From Gammaproteobacteria bacterium (GTDB lineage Bacteria; Pseudomonadota; Gammaproteobacteria; Steroidobacterales; Rariloculaceae), in assembly GCA_963664945.1 (NCBI GenBank), contig OY761822.1, positions 3,783,162 through 3,847,161 of the forward strand: a DNA stretch of 64,000 nucleotides. Reading direction: 5' to 3'. Under the pieces are notes generated by a model. The model was given only the letters and a program-made list of their open reading frames with translations, was not told the origin of the DNA and did not search any database. Shown in pieces: positions 51,870 to 60,128 of this stretch (positions are counted from its first letter, which is position 1; each line of letters starts with the position of its first letter). A program made the position numbers and the translations under genes.

Positions 51870-52928
51870 ATGAGCACGCTGAAGATCGCCCTGATCCCCG
51901 GCGACGGGATCGGCAAGGAGGTCATGCCCGAGGGTGTGCGGGTCCTGGAAGCGGCGGCGGCCGGTCATGGCATCGAGTTCCAGTGGCAGGAATTCGACTG
52001 GTCCTGCGAGCGCTACCTGAAGACCGGCGCGATGATGCCCGCGGACGGCATCGAAACGCTCCGCGCCTTCGACGCCATCTATCTCGGTGCGGTCGGCTTC
52101 CCCACGGTGGCCGACCACGTCTCCCTCTGGGGCCTGCTGATCCCGATCCGGCGCGAGTTCGATCAGTACATCAATCTGCGTCCGGTGAGGCTGTTCGACG
52201 GCGTGCCCTGCCCGCTGGCCGGCAAGGAGGCGGGCGATATCGACTTCTACGTGGTACGGGAGAACGTCGAGGGCGAGTATTCGGCCATCGGCGGCGTGCA
52301 ATACCAGGGCACCGAGAACGAGATCGTCATCCAGCAGAGCGTCTTTACCCGCCACGGTGTCGACCGGGTCGTCAAGTACGCTTATGAATTGGCCAATTCA
52401 CGCGCCGCAAGGCACCTGACCTCGGCGACCAAGTCCAACGGGATCATCCATTCCATGCCTTACTGGGATGCGAGGGTCAAGGCGATGGGCGAGCACTACC
52501 CGGATGTGGAAGTGGATCAGTTCCACATCGACATTCTCACGGCGAACTTCGTGCGCATGCCGGAGCACTTCGATGTCGTGGTCGGCAGCAACCTGTTCGG
52601 CGACATCCTTTCCGATCTGGGTCCCGCCTGCACGGGCACCATCGCCATCGCTCCGTCGGCGAACATGAACCCGGAGAAGGCGCATCCCTCCATGTTCGAA
52701 CCGGTGCACGGCTCGGCGCCCGATATTGTCGGCCGGGGCATTGCCAATCCGATCGGCACCATCTGGGCCGGCGCGATGATGCTTCAGCACCTGGGTCATC
52801 CGGCCGTTCACGATTCGGTGCTGGGAGCCATAGAAACCGTCCTGCGGGAGGGCAAGCGCCTGACCCCGGACATGGGCGGCAAGGCCACCACGGTACAATT
52901 GGGCAAGGCCATCGCCGGGGCGATCTAG
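51870..52928 (+). CDS. ttuC: tartrate dehydrogenase/decarboxylase (D-malate dehydrogenase family)
   Basis: Near-colinear with Pseudomonas putida TDH: IALIPGDGIGKEV, FDWSCERYLKTGAMMPADG, FDAIYLGAVGFP, HVSLWGLLIPIRREFDQYINLRP, VVRENVEGEYS, NLFGDILSDLG, PSMFEPVHGSAPDI.GRGIANP. Confidence 0.85.
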   Translation: MSTLKIALIPGDGIGKEVMPEGVRVLEAAAAGHGIEFQWQEFDWSCERYLKTGAMMPADGIETLRAFDAIYLGAVGFPTVADHVSLWGLLIPIRREFDQYINLRPVRLFDGVPCPLAGKEAGDIDFYVVRENVEGEYSAIGGVQYQGTENEIVIQQSVFTRHGVDRVVKYAYELANSRAARHLTSATKSNGIIHSMPYWDARVKAMGEHYPDVEVDQFHIDILTANFVRMPEHFDVVVGSNLFGDILSDLGPACTGTIAIAPSANMNPEKAHPSMFEPVHGSAPDIVGRGIANPIGTIWAGAMMLQHLGHPAVHDSVLGAIETVLREGKRLTPDMGGKATTVQLGKAIAGAI

Positions 52929-52994
52929 CGTCGCCGAAGCGGGCGACCGCGTCGTCCCGGGTGGCGTACCGGGAATCTGTTCCGGATAGCCAAG

Positions 52995-53402
52995 ATGCAG
53001 TTACAACGCCGGCAAATCTGGCTGGTACTCCTGGTGGAGACCGTATTCCTGGCGATATTGGCGGTGTGGGTACTGATTCGCCTGGACCGGATATTCGAGC
53101 CGGTCAGCGTCCTTGTAGCGCTCGCCATCATCGTCATCGGCGATGTGATCGCCGTACTTCTGATGCAGGGGTTCGCGCCCACCCGAATCACTTTTTCGGC
53201 GGGAGAAAGCGAATTGCGGGGTCAGGCCGTGGACGGGTTCGGGCCGAGCGACCGCGGACGTGTCGAACTCAGGGGCGAGCGGTGGTCGGCACGCCGCAAG
53301 GGTCCGGAGCCGATCCATCCCGGCGACCCTGTCAGGATCGTTGCTCGCAAGGGATTGAATCTGATCGTGGAGCGAACCCCGCCAGAGGCACCGAGGAAAT
53401 AG
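52995..53402 (+). CDS. NfeD-family membrane protein (OB-fold C-terminus)
   Basis: Two or three N-terminal TM helices, then GRVELRGERWSARRKGPEPIHPGDPVRIVARKGLNLIVE (NfeD C-terminal pattern). Confidence 0.7.
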   Translation: MQLQRRQIWLVLLVETVFLAILAVWVLIRLDRIFEPVSVLVALAIIVIGDVIAVLLMQGFAPTRITFSAGESELRGQAVDGFGPSDRGRVELRGERWSARRKGPEPIHPGDPVRIVARKGLNLIVERTPPEAPRK

Positions 53403-53479
53403 TCCAGCGGCTCAGCGACAAACCGGTTCTGAACGGCGAAATTCAGACTCGCGCCGATGCAGCGGCAGGGTTCCGGATC

Positions 53480-54544
53480 CTACACTTCCAGCCGCAACAG
53501 CTCGATCAGATTGCCGCCCAGAATCGCCACCTTCTCATCGTCGCTGAGCGACGGTGAATCAACGACCAGGTCGATTGTATCCGGCCACTCGAACGGCATG
53601 TCGGACCCGTAGACCACCTGACTCGCGCCGGACACCTCCACCAGGTGTCGAAGGCCTTCCTCGTTGAATACCATGGTATCCACGAGAATCTGCGTTCTCA
53701 GGTACTCGCTTGGATTTTTCGTGTTGACGCAATTGGCGTTGTTTCTGGCGCAGGCAACTTCCGACCTTCCCAGATAGGACGGCAGGTATCCGCCACCGTG
53801 GGCGGCCACCACCTTGAGATTCGGAAAGCGGTCAAAGGCGCCGTCGAATATCATCCTGGAAAGGAACAGCGTCGTCTCCAAAGGATTGCCGATCACGTTG
53901 CCGAGTCCGCCGGTACCGTCCAGGGCGCCGGGCTGGATGATGTTCCTGGACCCGTCGGGGTGCATGAAGACCGGGACGCCCAACTCTTCCGCCTTGGCCC
54001 AGAACGGATCGTATTTCTCGGTCGACGGCGCCTCCCCGCGCGCGTGCCCGAGTATCGAAGCGCCGCGGTGCCCGAGTTCCGTCACCGCGTATTCCAACTG
54101 CTCCGCGGCCATCTCCGGGAATTGCAATGCCGGCGATGACAGCGGCACGAACCGGTCGGAATGCGTCGCGCACCATTCCGCCAGTCCCTCATCGTTGATC
54201 TTCACGATTCCCTCGGCCTGTTCCTCGGTCGCGTCGTACCACCAGAACCGGTTCACGCTCAGGGCCGCGATGTCGATGCCCCGTTCATCCAGTGCGTCGA
54301 TACGGTGCTGGCCGAGCACGAGCATGTCCTGCAGCGGGGCGTTTTCAAGCGGCGTCCCCTCGATGATGGGCCGCACCTCCTGAAACAGGCAGTGCGCGTG
54401 GATATCGACCACGACAACTTCGTTGCCGCCCACCATCACCTGCTTGCCACGCGACTGTGCCATGGCCCGCATGGCCGGGTTCATGACCAGGGCACCGGCG
54501 GCGGCGCTTCCGGTGGCTGCCAGAAAAGCTCTTCGATTGATCAT
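53480..54544 (-). CDS. Tat-exported amidohydrolase_2 family protein
   Basis: Twin-arginine signal MINRRAFLAATGSAAAGALVMNPAMRAMAQ. VVVDIHAHCLF, VFMHPDG, VVAAHGGGYLP, YGSDMPFEW. Confidence 0.85.
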   Translation of the reverse strand: MINRRAFLAATGSAAAGALVMNPAMRAMAQSRGKQVMVGGNEVVVVDIHAHCLFQEVRPIIEGTPLENAPLQDMLVLGQHRIDALDERGIDIAALSVNRFWWYDATEEQAEGIVKINDEGLAEWCATHSDRFVPLSSPALQFPEMAAEQLEYAVTELGHRGASILGHARGEAPSTEKYDPFWAKAEELGVPVFMHPDGSRNIIQPGALDGTGGLGNVIGNPLETTLFLSRMIFDGAFDRFPNLKVVAAHGGGYLPSYLGRSEVACARNNANCVNTKNPSEYLRTQILVDTMVFNEEGLRHLVEVSGASQVVYGSDMPFEWPDTIDLVVDSPSLSDDEKVAILGGNLIELLRLEV

Positions 54545-54563
54545 TGTCTTGCTCCTGCCTGTT

Positions 54564-54609
54564 ATTGGTTTGTGTTATCGGCCCTGATTGGTTTGTGTTA
54601 TCGGCCCTG
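54564..54609 (-). repeat. 23-bp tandem duplication in the 65-nt intercistronic spacer, just 5' of the amidohydrolase SD
   Basis: attggtttgtgttatcggccctg x2 (54564-54586, 54587-54609). A degenerate third copy overlaps the stop of the upstream gene. On the mRNA strand: CAGGGCCGAUAACACAAACCAAU x2, then AACAGGCAGGAGCAAGACA-AUG. Confidence 0.9.
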
Positions 54610-55503
54610 TTACCGGTTTGCGTCCTCGGCAAGCGCGTAGCACTCGTATTCGAGAATGCGGATGTCGTCCTCCTGGCGGCGATACAGCGGCATGCGCATC
54701 TGCCAGCGCTCTGTGAAGACCTCGGGGTCGGTGATGGTCACTTCGTACATCAGGTGGTCCGGTCCCACCGGCGTATAGCGTTCGACCACATGCATCGATG
54801 CGCCATGGAAATTGCCGGACCGGTCGAACCAGGTCTCGTCGGTGAAATGGATCACGTCCACGACCAGCGTGTCGCCGTCCCAGTGGCCGCGGGAGTCGCC
54901 CATGTACCACTGGATCGGGCCACCCGGGTGCTCTCCGGTCATGAAGATGTTACGGATCGAATGGACCCACTCGTAGATCATCACGACCTGGTCGGGAGTC
55001 TGGATGATCTGGAACGGATACGGCATGTAGGTGATGCGCGGCACGCCCACCATCTTGCAATTGGCCTCCGTGTCCAGGCTGTGCCGGTTCTCGAAGTTCT
55101 GTTGCCGCTGTTCCAGCGCCCAGGGCCGATAGGGCAGATGATTGCCCACCACGACCCCCTGCCCCGCCGGGACGCCGTACTCCGCCGAGTGGTCCTGGAT
55201 GTTCCACACCGCCGTGTTCACCGCCTGCCAGATGCCCTGCAGGTCGGGCTGGCCGTCCGGGGTGCGCGGCATGACGTAGTCCTGCGCGACCGCTCCGGGC
55301 GCGGGCAGCAGGAAAGCTGTCGACGCGAATGCCGCCAGGCGCAGCAGCAGTCCCGGTGAGGCGCGGCGCCCGGCTGATAAGGCGCGAGGAGGGGACATTT
55401 CGGGAATATTCGACCGACCAGCAACGCGACCGGCCGGGACGCATCGTCCGTCCGATGCAGCGGGACTCTTGCCACGGGCTGCCCGGGAGGCGCTTCCCGT
55501 CAT
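54610..55503 (-). CDS. exported hypothetical protein, paralogue A of 55958..56938
   Basis: ATG 55503 overlaps the upstream stop (ATGA). Signal-like LLLRLAAFASTAFLLPAPGAVAQ. Conserved blocks PRTPDGQPDLQGIW, PWALEQR, CKMVGVPR, GDSRGHWDGDTLVV, WFDRSGNF, HVVERYT, ITDPEVFT, EYEC. No family name recognised. Confidence 0.7.
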   Translation of the reverse strand: MTGSASRAARGKSPAASDGRCVPAGRVAGRSNIPEMSPPRALSAGRRASPGLLLRLAAFASTAFLLPAPGAVAQDYVMPRTPDGQPDLQGIWQAVNTAVWNIQDHSAEYGVPAGQGVVVGNHLPYRPWALEQRQQNFENRHSLDTEANCKMVGVPRITYMPYPFQIIQTPDQVVMIYEWVHSIRNIFMTGEHPGGPIQWYMGDSRGHWDGDTLVVDVIHFTDETWFDRSGNFHGASMHVVERYTPVGPDHLMYEVTITDPEVFTERWQMRMPLYRRQEDDIRILEYECYALAEDANR

Positions 55504-55970
55504 TGATTCGGCCCGCTACCGGAGAATAGCGACCGCCCGTCCGCAAACGTCACTTCATCGCCTTCCATCTGCCTGGAACCGTCGCGGGAGGGAAGTCCGT
55601 GAATCGTGACCTCTGTGCCCACCGGCAGATCATCCTGGCGCCATCCGCGCCGGTACAATGAATTGGCGCCCCCGAATTCCACCCGCCACATCTCCGGCCG
55701 GCCTGCGTCGCCCTCGACCTCGATGCTCAGCCAGGAGTGGGGGTTTCGCCATTCCATCTCGACGATACGACCGGAAATGGTGATCTCCCGGGTCATGTCG
55801 TACTGCAGCGCGATGGAATGGTGCCCGACTGCCGGAAACGCCAGCAGCATCGCGGCGAGGCCGCCACCCAGCAGCGTTCGCAGCGCGGTTCTCGGCGCCG
55901 GCGCGCAGTGGGCCCGGTCCAGGCGCCTGTTCCGTGCGAGCCCGCAGCGAATGGTGTTCATGGTTGCCAT
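55500..55970 (-). CDS. DUF6152-like exported protein
   Basis: Signal/TM LLGGGLAAMLLAFPAVG, then HHSIALQYDMTREITISGRIVEMEWRNPHSWLSIEV...WRVEFGGANSLYRRGW...GTEVTIHGLPSRDG. From memory this matches the HHS...w.NPHs pattern of DUF6152. Overlaps both neighbouring genes. Confidence 0.65.
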   Translation of the reverse strand: MATMNTIRCGLARNRRLDRAHCAPAPRTALRTLLGGGLAAMLLAFPAVGHHSIALQYDMTREITISGRIVEMEWRNPHSWLSIEVEGDAGRPEMWRVEFGGANSLYRRGWRQDDLPVGTEVTIHGLPSRDGSRQMEGDEVTFADGRSLFSGSGPNQ

Positions 55971-56938
55971 TGCAGTTCCCTTTCCTCCAGTTCCCAGGCC
56001 GCCCGCAAGCGCCTGGCTTCATCGCCGGAAATGCCCGGATAGATCTTGTAGCCGACATTGCGGTATGCCTGCGAGGCGATCTCGTTGTCCTCGTAGCAGG
56101 CCTCCTCCCAGAGCTCGAACGACGGATCCGGAAGTCGCCTGAACGCAATCGCGATGGTAAACGGCCGCGTGTACACGTTGGGATCGTCCAGCGTCGCCTC
56201 CCAGTGAACCGTGTCGGCGTCAATGAGCGTGAACCGCTCGATCACGTGAGCTTCGTCGGTGAAAAACCGGCCCCGCTGGTCCAGCCAGGCGCGGGCGTTC
56301 TGGTTGCGGGTCTCCACCACCAGCGTATTGCCCTCCCAGTGCCCGTGGGAATCCCCGTTCCAGAGCAGGATGTCTTCACCGAGTGGTGACCGGTCACCCA
56401 GTTCGATGACACGGAAGGCATGCGCCTCCTCACCCTGTATGAGCAGTGTGTCCGCCGTCTGGTTGAACTGCAGCACGCCTGTCATGTACATGGTCAGCGG
56501 AATACCGTCCATGCGGCAGATCGCGTTGTGGTGCACGTAGGCGACGCGGTTGTAGCGGCGCTGCGCCTCCGCCCAGGGCTGTATCGGCACGATGCCGCTT
56601 GGAGGATCGACAATCACGCTTGGCGCCTCGCCGTCGTCCAACGTCTCCGGATGGGCGTGGATGCTCTCATGCGCACGGGCCCGACGGTTCCATATCCCGT
56701 TGAAGTCCGGATAACCGTCCGGCGTGCGAGGTGGGTCGAAAGCCGCTGCCGCTTCCTTCGCGCAGGCGTGGAATGCGGCGTGATTGTCGTCGGGGCAGAC
56801 CGAGTCCGCCCATTGCTGGGCGAATACCGGCGTCGTTGCCGCGACCTGCACAGATAGAGTGCCTATTGCAAGAATTGCGATCCGCTGCGTGTTCAGAATC
56901 GTATCCCTTTGTTCCTGGTCAACCCGCTCAATATCCAC
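55958..56938 (-). CDS. exported hypothetical protein, paralogue B of 54610..55503 (start uncertain)
   Basis: Blocks PRTPDGYPDFNGIW, PWAEAQR, CRMDGIPL, GDSHGHWEGNTLVV, WLDQRGRF, HVIERFT, LDDPNVYT, WEEAC are colinear with paralogue A, plus a 45-aa C-terminal extension. Signal-like RIAILAIGTLSVQVAATTPVFAQ. GTG 56938 is my best guess. The track start at 57085 adds an implausible 49 aa. Confidence 0.65.
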   Translation of the reverse strand: MDIERVDQEQRDTILNTQRIAILAIGTLSVQVAATTPVFAQQWADSVCPDDNHAAFHACAKEAAAAFDPPRTPDGYPDFNGIWNRRARAHESIHAHPETLDDGEAPSVIVDPPSGIVPIQPWAEAQRRYNRVAYVHHNAICRMDGIPLTMYMTGVLQFNQTADTLLIQGEEAHAFRVIELGDRSPLGEDILLWNGDSHGHWEGNTLVVETRNQNARAWLDQRGRFFTDEAHVIERFTLIDADTVHWEATLDDPNVYTRPFTIAIAFRRLPDPSFELWEEACYEDNEIASQAYRNVGYKIYPGISGDEARRLRAAWELEERELQWQP

Positions 56939-57087
56939 GGGGAGAATCGACGTGTCAACAGTGCGATTTCTGCTACCATCGGAATGAGGCTCGCGATACG
57001 TCCGCGCGCAGGAGCAATTCGCCCTGCCGAGCACCCGGGTCGGTTGTGGCAAGCAACAAGCCTGGAATAACACCACAAAGGCCACGC

Positions 57088-57420
57088 ATGAAACTTCGAC
57101 GCCGCGCCAGACGCACGATCATCGGCCTGTCGATCGCCCTGCCCATCTTCGCCGTGATCGGCGTGTTCGTCATGTTGCTCTGGAATGCATTGATTCCGGA
57201 TCTGTTCGACGGCCCCCGGCTATCCTATCTGCAAGCCGTCGGCGTGCTGCTGTTGTCGCACCTCCTGTTCAGGGGATCGCCGCTTCACGGACTGCGCGTC
57301 TGGCGCCGCGCGCGGCGGCGTCAGCGCTGGAAGCAGCGGCTCGCCTCGATGTCGCCTGAAGAATTCGCCGCCTACCGGGGCGAACTCGGGATACAGGGGT
57401 CCGACGACCGGACGCCTTGA
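57088..57420 (+). CDS. small hypothetical membrane protein (2 TM, Arg-rich tail)
   Basis: ATG 57088: MKLRRRARRTIIGLSIALPIFAVIGVFVMLLWNALIPDLF...LQAVGVLLLSHLLF. Divergent from the paralogue B gene. Confidence 0.5.
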   Translation: MKLRRRARRTIIGLSIALPIFAVIGVFVMLLWNALIPDLFDGPRLSYLQAVGVLLLSHLLFRGSPLHGLRVWRRARRRQRWKQRLASMSPEEFAAYRGELGIQGSDDRTP

Positions 57421-57460
57421 TGGCGGCCGGCACGTCGGACGGTACAGTCACCTCTCCCTG

Positions 57461-59875
57461 TTACTGGTTGCCTAACCGATACGAGAACCGCGCGCCGAAT
57501 GCACGATCGCGCCGCGACGTGTAGTAGGGCACCCGCGCGAACGGCGGTGGCGCCGGCGTGCCCGCTGGCGTGAGGATGCGGCCATCGAAAAAGTAACCGA
57601 TGCCCTGCGGCGAATCGTCGTCGAACACGTTGTTGATGTACAACTCCGCGCGCCAGGCGTCGCGGCTCAACCCGACGCGGACATCGCTCACCGAGAAGCC
57701 CGGCAGTTCGGTCAGGTTCATTTCGGTGGCGAACTGGCTGGACCGGAAAATCGAGTTCCAGCGGGCGAACCATTCCATGCCGTTCGCCAGCGGCCTCGTA
57801 TATTGAATATTGAACGATCCGGACCACTTCGGCTGCGTGCGAATCTCGTTGCCGGTCACCAGAACGCAGTCCAGGCCCGCCGCCGTGGTTGCATTGGGCG
57901 GAACACCGAAGTCGATCGGATAGGTCGAACAGGCGCCTTCGTCGTAGGTGATGTCGATCAATGAAGCCGCAAGCCCGAAACTGAGATCCTCGGAGAGAAA
58001 ATAGTTGCCTTCCAACTCGAGGCCGACACCGGTCACATCGCCGGCCTGCAGGAATGATCGGCCGGGCCCGAAATCCAGGCCCTCGTATTGTGTTCCCGGA
58101 TCCCCGATGCCGTCGTTGTCATCGTCGATGAAATCGCCCGGCTCGAAATTCAGATTGAACGGTTGGACGTATCCCTTCCAATCCAGTGCAAAGAGGTTGG
58201 CCGAGTAGGTGGCACGGTTGGCGGCCGTTCCCTTGATGCCCACTTCGTAACTGGTGACCTCCTCTTCCTCGAAGAATGCGATCGCGTCGTTGTCGAAGAT
58301 GTTGGGATAGGCTGCCGAAGCCGCGGCCACGTCGCGGTCCAGCGCCCCGGTATTCACTCCTGCGGGGTTGTTGCCCTTCGCCAACTGCACATACAGCGTC
58401 GTGTTGTCCGCCGGCGAGTGCGTCAACGACAGGCGTGGCAGGAACGCGGTCGTCTTCTGGGCCAGGCCGAACGTACTGCCATCGCCCTGGATGCTCGTCC
58501 CCGATACATCGTCGTTCTGGTACCGCCCCTCGAGCGACAGCGTCGTGCGCTCGGTTGCATCGTACGTCAGGTTGAAGAACAGTCCGGTATTGGTCGCGGA
58601 TTCCTGGATCTGGCGGCCTGCAGCCGCACCGCCCTGGAATTGCGCGAGGCTCCGATACACGACTGTCAGGAAATAATAGTCGTAGTAGGAAAGTCCGACT
58701 CCGTAACGCAATCGCTGGTCGCCGGGCGAGGTCAGGCGTATTTCGCCATAGGTCTCCTCGATATTCGTGGGGTCCCGTTCGAAGCCGAAAGCGTCGTTGG
58801 TCAGGTTGGCATCCGTCTGCCGCTCGTAGTACTCATCGGATACGAAACCGAGGGCCTGGAGGGACAAACCGTTGGCCAGATCGAACGACGCATCGGCCTC
58901 GAACCGGTCGCGTTGATTCCTGACAAAGGGGTCGGTAATGCCGGTCGCCCCGTAGTTGTAGTCATACACCTCGTCGATCCGCTTGAGTTCGCCCACGTAG
59001 GCGCAGGAGGGTTCCGGCGGAGGCACGATCCCACCCCCGCAACGACGCCCGGGGGGAACCGCGTCGGGATGCGTGACCCGGATCGGATCGTCCAGATTCA
59101 GAAACACGCGCGGTGTCTGCTCGTGGTCGGTTTCAAGCCACTTGTAGCGCAACTCGATGCTGGCGGTATCGCCCGGCGTGAACAGGAGCTTGGTCAGAAC
59201 GGACTGTGAACTCTCGCCGCCAAGGGTGAAGCCCTCCTCGGCGGTAACCCAGTTGCTTTCGCCATCGCGCTGATTGCTCAGCACGGCGATCAGGCCGCCC
59301 ACGTTCTCCCCCAGGGGACCGGACATCAGGCCGTTGAAATTCAGCAGGCTGTTGCTGCCGACATCGACATCGACATTCGCCGCCAGTTCATCGCCTGGAT
59401 CCACGGTGATGAAGTTGATCGCCCCACCGAACGTGGAGCGTCCGAACGCGGCGCTCTGAGGACCGCGCAGCACCTCGACCTGCTGGACAGCCAGAAACGG
59501 CGCCGTGCCCTGCTGGCCCAGGATCGGCATGCCGTCGAGGAATGTGGTCACCTTTTGCCGGTAGGTGGCGATTTCCTGGGAGACCACGCCGCGAATGGCC
59601 GGCGTGCCGGCGTTCTGATCGAAGCCGGTGTCGTAGTTGAGGCCCGGCGTGTTCGCGTAGAGGTCCCGTGTCGAGAGAATGCCCCTTTCCAGCAGCACGT
59701 CGCCGGTAAACACGGAGATCGCGACGGGCACTTCCTGGAGGTTTTCCTCGCGTTTCCGCGCGGTGACCACGATTTCCTCGAGTTGAAATTCCGTGCCTTC
59801 CTGGGATTGGGCGGGGGCTGCCGGAATCAGCAACAGGGAGGCTGCAAGCGCGCTGCCAAGACTGTATCGAATCAT
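57461..59875 (-). CDS. TonB-dependent receptor
   Basis: Start moved to ATG 59875 (MIRYSLGSALAASLLLIPAAPAQSQ), preceded by AGGAGA. LEEIVVTARKREENLQEVPVAISVF, VEVLRGPQSAAFGRSTFGGAINFIT, C-terminal ...ARFSYRLGNQ. The 206 aa upstream in the track ORF are not credible. Confidence 0.93.
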   Translation of the reverse strand: MIRYSLGSALAASLLLIPAAPAQSQEGTEFQLEEIVVTARKREENLQEVPVAISVFTGDVLLERGILSTRDLYANTPGLNYDTGFDQNAGTPAIRGVVSQEIATYRQKVTTFLDGMPILGQQGTAPFLAVQQVEVLRGPQSAAFGRSTFGGAINFITVDPGDELAANVDVDVGSNSLLNFNGLMSGPLGENVGGLIAVLSNQRDGESNWVTAEEGFTLGGESSQSVLTKLLFTPGDTASIELRYKWLETDHEQTPRVFLNLDDPIRVTHPDAVPPGRRCGGGIVPPPEPSCAYVGELKRIDEVYDYNYGATGITDPFVRNQRDRFEADASFDLANGLSLQALGFVSDEYYERQTDANLTNDAFGFERDPTNIEETYGEIRLTSPGDQRLRYGVGLSYYDYYFLTVVYRSLAQFQGGAAAGRQIQESATNTGLFFNLTYDATERTTLSLEGRYQNDDVSGTSIQGDGSTFGLAQKTTAFLPRLSLTHSPADNTTLYVQLAKGNNPAGVNTGALDRDVAAASAAYPNIFDNDAIAFFEEEEVTSYEVGIKGTAANRATYSANLFALDWKGYVQPFNLNFEPGDFIDDDNDGIGDPGTQYEGLDFGPGRSFLQAGDVTGVGLELEGNYFLSEDLSFGLAASLIDITYDEGACSTYPIDFGVPPNATTAAGLDCVLVTGNEIRTQPKWSGSFNIQYTRPLANGMEWFARWNSIFRSSQFATEMNLTELPGFSVSDVRVGLSRDAWRAELYINNVFDDDSPQGIGYFFDGRILTPAGTPAPPPFARVPYYTSRRDRAFGARFSYRLGNQ

Positions 59876-59891
59876 TGGTGTCTCCTGATTT

Positions 59892-59924
59892 TCGGTGCGG
59901 CCCGATTGTCGGTGCGGCCCGATT
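59892..59924 (-). repeat. 17-bp-period tandem duplication in the TBDR 5' UTR, just 5' of the SD
   Basis: tcggtgcggcccgatt at 59892-59907 and 59909-59924. On the mRNA strand: AAUCGGGCCGCACCGA-C-AAUCGGGCCGCACCGA-AAAUCAGGAGACACCA-AUG. Confidence 0.9.
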
Positions 59925-60033
59925 TTCGAAACTTCGGGTGTTTGTCGGTATTTTACAACATACAACGCCGGATTGTATCGAACGAATATGGAGAAAATAT
60001 GGATTGGATCGCGGTTGATCCACTTGTCCGAGG

Positions 60034-60090
60034 ACGGGCGCGGCAGCCGGGCCGGCGCAACAGCCGAACGGGCGCGGCAGCCGGACCGGC
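60034..60090. repeat. 23-bp direct repeat x2 (period 34), GC-rich and hairpin-forming
   Basis: acgggcgcggcagccgg[g/a]ccggc at 60034-60056 and 60068-60090. The second copy contains cagccgg-a-ccggctg. Lies between the aldolase stop (60129) and the TBDR start region. Confidence 0.75.
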
Positions 60091-60128
60091 TGTCCCGGTC
60101 GCGCACCGATGAGATCAGCGGGTTGGTT

